From Psammoneis japonica (taxonomy: Eukaryota), in contig QPGO01000173.1 of NCBI GenBank assembly GCA_008632985.1, forward strand, positions 124,001-161,501: DNA of 37,501 nt. Reading direction: 5' to 3'. Below, piece after piece: positions 9,736 through 19,770 of the stretch (the stretch's first letter is position 1; each line of letters starts with the position of its first letter). The notes under the pieces were generated by a model. It ran no database searches and was not told the DNA's origin. It saw only the letters and a program-made list of their open reading frames with translations. The position numbers were made by a program, and so were the translations under genes.

Positions 9736-12141
9736 ATGAAGGTCATCCCTTCACTGTTGCTTGTCGCTGCTGTGTCTGTGTCCCTCCATCTGCCAACGAC
9801 GGTTGCTGTTGCTTCCGAGGAGGATACGACCTTGCAGTTTGTCGGAAGACATGAAACACATCCCTTTCGTTTCCCACTTGGTCCATGTCAAGGGCATTGT
9901 CGAACAAGTAAAGACTGCCACGTAGGACTTTCGTGTCTATCCTACAATGGTGAAGAGCAAGGTGTGCCGGGATGTAAAGTTGTTGGAAACAACGGTTTGG
10001 GACGAAACTATTGTTCATACCCTGTACGAAACACTAGTTCCATAGAGAAGCCTCCACCGCTTCTAAAGTCATTGAAGAATGTGGAAGCTAAGCCAATGCA
10101 TCCACTAACTGTCGTGAAATCATCAGAGGCCCGTCCTCTTGGTCTTTGCCAGGGGCGCTGTTCCGGTCATGAAGACTGTAGATTTGGCTTGAACTGTTTC
10201 AGGAGACGAGGAGGCCAGCCAGTACCAGCCTGTAGTGGAAACGATAAAACGTCGCGCAGTTACTGTTTCAAGCCCCTTCAGGGTGTTCTAGTGAGACGTG
10301 GAGTCAACGGTGTACCCGAATCGGCTTTCTCACTGAGAAAGTGCCAAGGACACTGCGCTGGAGATGCGTTCTGCGGCCTGGGACTAATTTGTTTCCGGCG
10401 AATCGGAAAACAAGCTGTTCCTGATTGTCGTGGCAACGGTATACTTGGTGTCAATTATTGCACCGTTCCCACTGTTTCAAACACCTTGGTTCGTGTTGTG
10501 GAAAAAAGTCAAGTCCGCCGAGGAGGACAAGCGCTGCTTGCAGAGTGTGAAGGAGAATGCCTCCTGGACAGTCATTGCAAAAAGGGACTTCGATGTTTCA
10601 AACGTCAATCCAGTGAAAGCGTTCATGGTTGTACTGGCCAAGGTATTTTAGGTGGTTCCTATTGTATCAAGGATAAAAGAACAGGCACAGAGAAAGAAAA
10701 TAACAGCAAGAAGCCAGAAGATAAAAAAGACAATGTTGATTCAATCAGTCATCTCGACAATGCTGGCCGATGCACCGTTGCCGCACCTTGCTCAAAGTGC
10801 CAAGGGGATTGCGCCGGCAGCAATGATAAATGCAAGCGAGGATTAATTTGTTTTTCCAGGACAACAGATCACAGGATCCCGGGGTGTGCAGCCCGTGGTG
10901 TGTCCGGTATTGATTATTGCTCTGTTCCACCAAAGGACAAGCCGGTAACATATGTGCCTGGCAAGCTCTCCCACGTAGAAGAAGGCTTATTGCTCTCCAG
11001 TGGTCTGACGGCCCGTCTCATTGCCACGAAGCATCAACCAGTCAAGCTGGAGCACAATGGAAAACTGTCCAAAATAAGATTTCACCCAGCTGCAGATGGT
11101 GCCGCCGTATTTGCGAATAAACAGACGGGTGGTTGGAAGTACGTATCCAATGCGGAAAGCAGAATAACAGGAGGTGTGGGTGCAATTGAATTCGATGCTC
11201 AAGGTAAAGTCATTGGCTATGAGAGGCTGCTGTCTGGAAGCCAGAGAAATTGCGGTGGAGGCGCCACATTCTGGTCTACTTGGCTTTCCTGTGAAGAAAT
11301 AGAAGGCGGACAGATTTGGGAGGTAGACCCATTCGGAAAGCACCCACCAAGAAAGACTATCATCGGAGTCAAGGGTGGAGACACGTATGAGTCTGCTGCT
11401 TACGATAATCGGAAGCCTGAAAGACCAATCTTTTACGTCACCACTGACAATAAACGCGGGCCTGTTCTCAAGTTCACACCGGACAGTGAGGTGACTTCAA
11501 AAGCATTGAAAAGCAACGATTTTTCGCGGATTTTGCACTCAAATGAAACCGGCACTGCAAGAACCGAGTTCCTTGTACTTCGACCTAACAAGAGGAAAGC
11601 TAGCAAAGAAGGTACCTTTTCCTGGACCGAGGATTTGATAGCAGCTCGCAAGAACGCGTTTCAGGAATATTCCCAATGTGAAGGCATCGATGTTAGAAAT
11701 GGCATTGTCTACTTTACCTGCAAAAGGAATGCTCATTTATTCATTTTGGATACCGACCGAGGCACCTACACACGAGAATCAACAAAACAAGGAGCCTTCA
11801 ATGGAAGCCCCGATCAAGTAGCGAGAGTTCTCGGGGGGAATGAAAGTGATGCAATCCTTTATTTTTGCGAAGAAACGGCACCAAATGGTCAGGACTGTGG
11901 AGTGCACGGTCGAGACGGCAAGGGAAATTATTTCACTATTCTCGAAAATTTCGGTCACAGACCTGAGCTGGCTGGGGAAGTAACTGGTTTGGCGTTTTCT
12001 CCCGACAACATGCGAATGTATGTTTCCTACCAGAAACCAGGATACATTTTTGAAGTCAAGCGACTCGATGGCTATCCCTTTGGAGGTCAGCGATTGGACA
12101 TCAAGCACGGCACCACTGTGCTGCGGGAAATTAAAATTTGA
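9736..12141 (+). CDS. phoX: Secreted PhoX-family alkaline phosphatase with five N-terminal frustulin-like Cys-rich repeats
   Basis: Signal peptide MKVIPSLLLVAAVSVSL. Five repeats of C(Q/E)GxC..C..GLxCF.R....VP.C.G....YC. C-terminal PhoX motifs DGAAVF, YVSNAE, NCGGG.T.W.TWLSCEE, YESAA, EGID and EVTGLAFSPD..RMYVS.Q. Confidence 0.85.
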   Translation: MKVIPSLLLVAAVSVSLHLPTTVAVASEEDTTLQFVGRHETHPFRFPLGPCQGHCRTSKDCHVGLSCLSYNGEEQGVPGCKVVGNNGLGRNYCSYPVRNTSSIEKPPPLLKSLKNVEAKPMHPLTVVKSSEARPLGLCQGRCSGHEDCRFGLNCFRRRGGQPVPACSGNDKTSRSYCFKPLQGVLVRRGVNGVPESAFSLRKCQGHCAGDAFCGLGLICFRRIGKQAVPDCRGNGILGVNYCTVPTVSNTLVRVVEKSQVRRGGQALLAECEGECLLDSHCKKGLRCFKRQSSESVHGCTGQGILGGSYCIKDKRTGTEKENNSKKPEDKKDNVDSISHLDNAGRCTVAAPCSKCQGDCAGSNDKCKRGLICFSRTTDHRIPGCAARGVSGIDYCSVPPKDKPVTYVPGKLSHVEEGLLLSSGLTARLIATKHQPVKLEHNGKLSKIRFHPAADGAAVFANKQTGGWKYVSNAESRITGGVGAIEFDAQGKVIGYERLLSGSQRNCGGGATFWSTWLSCEEIEGGQIWEVDPFGKHPPRKTIIGVKGGDTYESAAYDNRKPERPIFYVTTDNKRGPVLKFTPDSEVTSKALKSNDFSRILHSNETGTARTEFLVLRPNKRKASKEGTFSWTEDLIAARKNAFQEYSQCEGIDVRNGIVYFTCKRNAHLFILDTDRGTYTRESTKQGAFNGSPDQVARVLGGNESDAILYFCEETAPNGQDCGVHGRDGKGNYFTILENFGHRPELAGEVTGLAFSPDNMRMYVSYQKPGYIFEVKRLDGYPFGGQRLDIKHGTTVLREIKI

Positions 12142-12639
12142 AAGCGCAACTTTGACAACTTGTTTGCTCGAGGGGTGTACCGCTTTTGTATCACGTTGGT
12201 TTCTGCATGCTTCCTTATCAGTTTCATTCTTCATGTAGTGCTTGTTGATTATTTGGCGGCAAGCATCTTTTGATGTTCTTAGACCATGCGTTTATTGAGC
12301 ATGATCGCTTCCTCTTGGCTGCGGGTTAACCAGTCCTCTTTTTCAACTTGCTAACCTCTACTACTGGCACTTCTTCCAAAGATACACAACTCAAACAACA
12401 GGCAAAAGACCAAACTGGCATAGTCTGACAATGTCTACGTTGTACCTTGAGCCCATGATTGTACCGTATTTTAGACACTTTTAAATTTTATCGGCGACGA
12501 GCTGCTGCCTCTAGAAACGCTTACCGCGTCCTGGTTTTTCCTTTCAATCCACGACCACATGGATGGGAGCAGAACACCAGTAACACATGTCATGCACATT
12601 GTCGCACGCAGAGTTGTGGGGCGATTGACACACTACACA

Positions 12640-15600
12640 ACTGAAAGAACCCTTCACCATTGTCTTGACAAAGCATTTCAATCAGCGTCTAGAAGGGCCA
12701 CAGCTTGCATTTCCACCGCAACTGCCCCTGGCCAATGTCTTTTGAAGTCAGTCTCCTCCACTTGAACTGACTCCATTGGCCTGGTGAACCATCTGGCAAG
12801 ATGGGTGTGGTTGGATGGGTTGTTGTGGAGGCAAGTGAGTTCTTCCTCGATCTGACCATCTGCAATGTTGTTGACAGTCAGTCTTGATCCAGAAGCCTCC
12901 AATCTTGGCCACTCACATGCAGCGCCACCACATGTCCCATGCCAAATGATTTTGCAGTTGTTGTGCCAAGCTGGAAAGCCAGCACAAACTGGTGTTCCAA
13001 AGCTCAACAAATTCACAGCAAGCCTGGGCTGCCATGCTGCTGCACACTCTGCTCTTGCAAAGAAGCTGCGTGCAAGAGAACTCTCGCCTGAGAATTCCTG
13101 CACCCTCAAAAACTGCTTGTGCCTGTGGATGGCAATTGGAAGTGGGTGCAGGTGTGTCCTGTTCATCATGCCATGATTGAAGTGACTGCACACACCCCCT
13201 GCAGCACAGGAAGGAATGAGCCACCAGTTGGTTGGCAAGCCATCATTTCAAAGTCCAGGCTTCTTTTGGTCCAAGAGGGCTGTGCAGCACAAGACAAGAT
13301 CAATGCCATCTTTGGATTCTCTGCAATGCAGACAAACTGGGCTTTTGAGTTCCTTGCAACAATGGAGGTTTTTGTCAGCTGGGGCAAATCCTGTGCTCTG
13401 CCGTGGCTCCGCCAGACTCTTCCAAAGGTGCAGCATTGGCTTGCTGCCTGATCTAGAGCTTCCCAATTGACTGGCAAGCATTGCAGCAGAGACTTCACTT
13501 TTGTGCCAGTGCCTTTGGCCAGTGGTCTGCACAAATGATTGGGGTGGACTGCTGGTGCCAGGAGGATGTGAGAGTTTTGCCACCAAGCTTTGCTGGCCAC
13601 ATGATGTCATTGACTGCAGCTCAAAGGGTTGCATTGTTGCCTTTCCTGGCTGTGCTGCAAGAGCATCTCCCAACAAGCTTTTGCAAGGAGATCCATTTTG
13701 GTGCTGGAACAACTTGTGAAAGGGGATGTGCCTGTCTCTCTGTGACCCTCAGCCCCTTGGCTGGTGTGCCACAAGCACTGCAGGAAGCTCCCAGACAACA
13801 GAACAAATTGCACAGACAGGTCAGATCACAGTGCTTGCAAGTTTTGGATCACTGTGCCAAATTGCAGAACAAGCATGCTCCAAGACTGAGGTCGCAACAG
13901 TTGCAGCCCAGAGTTGCCTTTCCTCATCTCATCTCAGCAAGTGCAGCAACAACCTCTGTTGGAAAGGTGGCTGTTGGAACATCAGGGTCAGAGGCAGTTT
14001 TCACAGGACAGAGACAGACAATGTTGCGGTGTAAGATGCACTGACAATTGTGTGGACAATCTGACAAGGTTGCACTCACAACTCAGGCTGAGTTGTGGGT
14101 CTTGTGCCAACTTTTTAGCTTCTGCACCCAGCTGACATGGCAACAGCAGTCAGCATCATTGGGGTGGTTGCAAGCCACACAGTGAGTTCAGGGTCAGCGA
14201 GGCTGTAAACGTGTGCCACTTGACAAGCCATGAAACTCCAACAGTGACTGGCTGTGTGCACCAAAAATGCCCCCAAGCTTGCCCCAATGTGCAGTGGAAG
14301 GTTTTTCATGCAGCAGGCCAGAGTCTGGCTCACCCCTCTGTGTCTGTGGAAGTTGTGCCTTTGCCAGGTGACAAAATTTTGCCTGAAGCCACCGCTGCAT
14401 TGTTGCTGCAAGGGGTTGTCCATGGCAGACACATGCTGACAATGCAGGCATCATCCCATCATTGTGTGTTGATGTGTGCTGCAAAACAAAAAGGGTTGGT
14501 GGCTCATGTGGGTTGAGGGTGCACTTGTACTCATTTTTGGTTGCTTGAACACATTTTTTGTTGCTCATGTGGGCCTGGCAGCTCTCTGCCTGGAGAGAGA
14601 CAGCGCGGGCTTTTTTGAAGGAAAGATCAAGAAAGAGACTTTTTTGGGGAGACGTTGGCCTGGATCAGGGGTCTCCATCTCCACATCTCTGGAGTGACAA
14701 GGCAAAACTCTAGAGCAGCTGTTGATTGTGGGCCCTCGCTCCAGGCCCTGGCTCTGTGAAGGATGGGTTCAGATGCATCAACCCTCACTTCTTTGCTGCC
14801 TTCAGCAAGACAAGCACAGCCTCTTTGGAGCAACAGAGGAAGCCAAGTCTAAGTTGCATGGAAGAGCAAAGAAAACAAACATGCAATGTCAGAAAAACTG
14901 GAAGTGGGCATGGGAAAGTTGGTTGCAGCAGCAAAGAATGAAGACAGGAGAAAAAGCACTGGAGGCAATGCAAGAGATCAAGGTGACTGAGCAAAGCACC
15001 CTGAAAACTTTGCAAGACTCGAGTCTTTGCCCAAGATGCAAAGCTCAACATGGTCAATTGGAACATGGAAGATCTCAAAAATCACCCAAGGAAGTCTTGG
15101 CAAGCTCAAATGACACACACAAGCAAGAGCTTGCAATCCAGAGCGCACCCCACCGGGGCAGTTTTGAGCACAGAGACAGTTCTCGCAACACCCGAAACAG
15201 CTTGGACCTCATGAAAACTGTGGCAAATGTTTGCCTGCCAATGTGATGAGAAGCAAATGGCAAGGGAGCAGCAACAAGAAAGAGGAGGTTCAGAGAACAA
15301 GAGCTCCAATGTGTCCAAGCAGCGGCTCCTGGTCAGCTGAGATTTGGCCCCCCAGCAACGCTCCCAGGCAATTGCAGGTCATGCTCAATGTCATGTGTGT
15401 CAACAGCAAAGAGGACAAAGAAGAACAGAAGCATTGCCCATGTGCTGAAAATCAACTCCTGGAAAGCCAAATGATCTGATGGGGGTTTGAAGGTCCGCAC
15501 ATTTTGGTGCTGACGGGAGAGGGAGATGTGTGATTTGTTGCTTGTGTGTGCATCAGTGTTCGAGTTCCAACACAGGCACTGCTGCATGTTGACAATCATT

Positions 15601-15840
15601 TGTGCATGTGAGGATGGATGGTGTCAGCAAAGGGAGGAGTCCTCCACTCTGTTGCTTTGGCATTTGAGTCAATTCATCAAGCAGATTGACAGTGCTGTCA
15701 AACCCCCACTTCTTTGAGGCAACATTGAGACTTGAAGATTGTGCAGCGTGTTTCGTTGTATGATGAAAAGATTCTTCATCGGAGCAAAGAATCACCATCC
15801 TTGTCATTCTCTCCTGCAAAAAGACTGCCAAGGTCAGACT
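12640..15840. other. Hypermutated block B: TpA- and CpG-depleted decayed sequence
   Basis: Same signature as block A: nearly Tyr-free ORFs and rare residual TA (e.g. ctag at ~13453 and ~14710). It contains protein-like relic segments on the minus strand. Boundaries are approximate. Confidence 0.85.
14590..14718. repeat. Short dispersed repeat, copy 2 (related to 3680-3775)
   Basis: Three colinear matching segments shared with 3680-3775. Confidence 0.5.
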
Positions 15841-16075
15841 GCTGCGCTAGAGAATAGATTGCACCTCGAACCTCGAACCTCGACCGGTGATGTGTGATTT
15901 GCGCGAACGCGCGAGAGCACGATCGCGCGACACCGAGTCGGGGCAATATGAGCGCCAGCGGCGCGCTGGAAGATTTCAAATTTTGCGATTTCCATTTCGC
16001 CAAAGCCAAAGCGATCGTGTTTTCTTTCATTGCTGTTGTTGCAACCTGCAAAGAAATAATACCGACGGTGGTGAA

Positions 16076-17116
16076 ATGCGAAAGGTAGCAAAACAAGCCT
16101 TGATCTATAGTGTGACTGCCGTTTGCTTGGGAGGATATATTCTTCGTTTTCAATCAAGTCAAACGAACGCGTTGAATCAATCGATAATACTACAGAACAA
16201 GAATGTCACGAATGTCACGTCAACATTCGTTCCGTTTCCGCACAGATTTCTCCCGTATGGAATAGATGCTGCTTGTCGTTGGTCCACAACAACCGCAAGC
16301 AAGCAATATAGAGCAATGGACGATTTTTACTGCAACAGTTACAGACATCTCGACACGATACAAGTAGCAGCGTTAAACGAGGGCATTTGCTTGCCGACCG
16401 ACAAGGTATTTAGGTCGAGGCTTCATCTTTTTTCCTCCCAAGAAGCCATCGACTGCCTCTCATCAAACAAAGATATTCGAGTAGCGGTATCTGGAGACAG
16501 CTACAACATTCAACTTTATATCGGACTGATTGACATTCTGTTGGAGAATCCTAGCAATGAAGAAATAATGAATGCTTCTCATAGACGAGAGGTTCTGAAA
16601 CTATCCATGCGGGCCCTTCACGATCATTGGCAGCAAAACAAGTCATATCCCGCAGTGGGCTATGTTTGCAGCGCTGAATGCTACGGACAGGGGGGATCGT
16701 TATTTCATCTCGAGTGCTCGAACTGCATCAATTCCATTTTACAAAACAAGACCAGCTTCGCGGCAATAGTGGGTGCTGGCATTCACATGTTAGGGTCGCT
16801 TAAAAGCAACATTACGAGATTTTCTCACGAAATCAAAGCGTTCCTTGACAGCGCGCCAAACGTTGTATTCAACTCTATGCCGTGTTATCAAAAGCAAAAA
16901 GTACCCGAAGAATACCGGCCTGATGTTGGCAGGAACGGACAAGCTTACCATCAAACTCTACCGCTGGTCAAGAATCGCCCATTTCTCGACTTTTATCAGT
17001 TAACAAGAGCTTGCTACATGGACAACTGCTCAACGGACGGGGGACATAGGGCTAGGTATGTGAATCGGTGGAAAGCACAGCTACTACTCAATACGTTATG
17101 CCAAGTCACGTGTTAG
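16076..17116 (+). CDS. Type II membrane protein with SGNH/PC-esterase-like GDS and DxxH motifs (putative acyl esterase or O-acyltransferase)
   Basis: N-terminal hydrophobic anchor (ALIYSVTAVCLGGYIL), several N-x-S/T sequons, VAVSGDS and a C-terminal TDGGH; normal TA/CG content. Start placed at MRKVAK within ORF 15887..17116. Confidence 0.6.
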   Translation: MRKVAKQALIYSVTAVCLGGYILRFQSSQTNALNQSIILQNKNVTNVTSTFVPFPHRFLPYGIDAACRWSTTTASKQYRAMDDFYCNSYRHLDTIQVAALNEGICLPTDKVFRSRLHLFSSQEAIDCLSSNKDIRVAVSGDSYNIQLYIGLIDILLENPSNEEIMNASHRREVLKLSMRALHDHWQQNKSYPAVGYVCSAECYGQGGSLFHLECSNCINSILQNKTSFAAIVGAGIHMLGSLKSNITRFSHEIKAFLDSAPNVVFNSMPCYQKQKVPEEYRPDVGRNGQAYHQTLPLVKNRPFLDFYQLTRACYMDNCSTDGGHRARYVNRWKAQLLLNTLCQVTC

Positions 17117-17371
17117 AACGGATTGATTAATGTTCGACATCTAAAACAACGAAAGCATTCGTGGTGCAAACACATCACTGCAATGCTAAAAAGTGTTCGC
17201 GGTAACCTTGTTTTAGTATGTCTCGGGCCAGTGATAGTTCACCGCGATCGTTATTTTCCCATCGCTCAATCGAAACAGAGCTCGTTGTCATCATAATATA
17301 GTGTGAGTTCATGTTGTATGTACTGTACAAAATTAACTGGCTTTGCCTCCTACCGTACTCTAGCTACCGTA

Positions 17372-18450
17372 GAGTCCACTTGAACTCCAATCACGCCGTC
17401 TCCGTCCGCACTGCCGGCGGGTCCACATGCCGTTTCGGTGTGTCGAAGCGTCATTTTCTCGGAGGCAACATTAGAACTTAAGCGTGCATCAAAGCAGGGG
17501 ATGAGGAAGAGCAAGGCCAAATCAGCCAAATTGAATGACGTGCAACAGCTTCCACTTTCCTTGATTACAGTCTTCATTGTGGCACTTCTAACGTGTTGTC
17601 CATTGCATGGTGATGTTCTCCATCTGCCAACTTGGACAGAGACACAATGGCCACACAAAAGGACAATCCTGACAAGACAGATGCCAAACAACCAAAATCC
17701 CAGTTTTCTGGATAGATTGGCAAAGAACCAGGGAGACAAAAGGCACAAAGCTGGCAATCATGATTGCCATGATGAAGGACAAATTGAGGCTGGCATCATG
17801 TGAAGAATCCAACAAGTCCATGTTGGCCACAAGGAGAAGAATCATGGCCCATGCCCAACAAGGAAATTTCAACCAAAGCTGATTCTTTGCCAAAGCCAAG
17901 TGAGCCCATCAAGCGCATCTCTAGACAGTGGGGTGCAGAGAATGACAAAAATGTCAATGAAGCTCAGCGCACTTGCCAACTGGCACTGAGTTTCAAAAGA
18001 AAAATGTTTGTTGTGTCTCCTCCAAGATGCTCTGTTTGAATTGTGCATGTGAGCAGCAGGAGGCACATGAAATGAGAGGCAACAACAAAGCACGCAGTTC
18101 TCAACCCCACACACTTCTTGCCTCTGTCATCTCACCATGGCAGCACAAAGATTGGCACACAAGGAGGCAACAAAAGACAAAGAAAAAATGTGTGGAGCCA
18201 AGCACAAGCTCATCTGGCAAGTTGTTTGACAAGAAACTGTCCCCAAAGTGGCACAAACCTCTTTCTTTCTCAGTGAAGACAACAATTTGTCACTGTTGGC
18301 TCCATCGCCAGCAGTGTCGGCTGCACTCTGATCTCCTTTTCAGCTTGAGCAAGCCAGCCACCAAGATTGCCTGCTCTCACAAGAGAGCATCTTAAAAGTC
18401 ACATCATTGGTTTGCCAGGTGTCACACCCATCAGTGGGAAAATGTTAAAA
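17372..18450 (-). pseudogene. Hypermutated partial copy 1 of the MFS transporter gene (3' part)
   Basis: Translation fragments FANLSRKLGFW, MILLLVANMDLLDSS and DGDGVIGVQV match 23180..23812. It has indels, and the intron donor is destroyed (cttacctc -> cttgcctc). Confidence 0.92.
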
Positions 18451-18484
18451 CCAACTGTGGCACAATGCTGAAAATTTCCTCAGC

Positions 18485-18566
18485 GGGCAGGAGACACGGG
18501 GCTGGATGTGTGAATTGGTGGGAGGTGCAGCTGCTTCTCAACATGTTGTGCCAAGTCATGTGTTAA
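18485..18566 (+). pseudogene. Hypermutated remnant of the 3' end of the SGNH-like gene
   Basis: ctgcttctcaacatgttgtgccaagtcatgtgttaa (18531-18566) aligns to ctactactcaatacgttatgccaagtcacgtgttag (17081-17116). Confidence 0.85.
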
Positions 18567-18839
18567 AAAAAGATCAATCACCACTCAATGTTCACAAAAC
18601 AACAAAAGTTTTTGACTCATGGTGCAAATCTTCGTGCCACTGCAGCGCTCATGGCTGCCTTGCTTCATCACACCTTGGGCCAGCAACAATTCTGCACCCC
18701 ATCCACCATGGTCATTGTTCCCTCCCACTCAATCAATCAGAGCTTGTTGTTGTCTTTCCAGAAGTGAGAGTCAATGCTGCTGGTGCGGCGTGCACAAAAT
18801 TGAGACACTGCCTCCTGCTGCGCACTCTCTGGCAGCTTG

Positions 18840-19770
18840 CACACTTGAGCTCCAGTCACGCTGTCTCTGCCCATGCTGCCAGCAGGTCCATGTTCCACAT
18901 TGATGTGTCAAAGAGAGCCTTTTCTTTCTTGGCTGCAATGTCAGAGCTTGAGTGGCATGAAAGCAGGGGACATGGAAAAGCAACACCAAATTGGCCATTT
19001 GGAATGGCATGCAATGGCTTGCAATTTCCTTGACCACAGTCTTCCTTGATGTGCACTTCAAATGTGCTGTCCACAACATGGTGTCATTCTCCATGAACCA
19101 AGTTTGAGAGAGGAACAATGTCCCAAATGCACAAAAGAGGACGGACCCAACAAGATGCCACAAAAACCCAAATCCAGTTTTCTGGGTGGGTTGGCAAAAA
19201 AGCAGGGAAACAAAAAGGCTCAAAATTCTGAACAACAGATGAAGCTGGCAACCGTGGTTGCCATGATGAAAGGAAGACACAACTGGGGCTGTGTTGCATG
19301 AAAAATCCAGTGTGTCCATGTCTGCCACCAAGAGGAGAATCATTGGACCCATGCCCAAATTTGCAGCCATGGCTGCTGCTGCACCAACAAGCACCCAGGC
19401 AGCAGTGCAGCTGCAGCAGTGGGCTGCAACAAAGCTCAGCACACTTGCCAATTGATGACAAATTTTAAAAGCATGCTTTTCCAAGCTGCTTGAGCTGCAA
19501 AACATCAATGGCAGGCATGCGTTGAAAAGCAATGCCAACACAAGTTGACTTGTCACACAGACTTGCCTTGTGGTCACTGTGGCAATGCAAAGGTGGGCAC
19601 AAAAGGAGGCAACAAGGAAGAGCACACACTGAGCATGGAGCACAAGCTTTGTTTGCCAGTTGTTGATGAAAAACTGTTTCTGTGAAGAGCGGACCTGTTT
19701 CTTTCTTGACCAAGGTTGGCAATTTCTTGCTGTTGGCTCTGCCAGCATGGGCAGCATTGTTTTCTTCTGA
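18840..19770 (-). pseudogene. Hypermutated partial copy 2 of the MFS transporter gene
   Basis: FLVASFCAHLCIATVTT vs intact FLVTSFYANLYIATVTT; LGMGPMILLLVADMDTLDFSCN vs LGMGQMILLLVANMDMLDSSYD. The intron sequence is retained. Confidence 0.92.
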
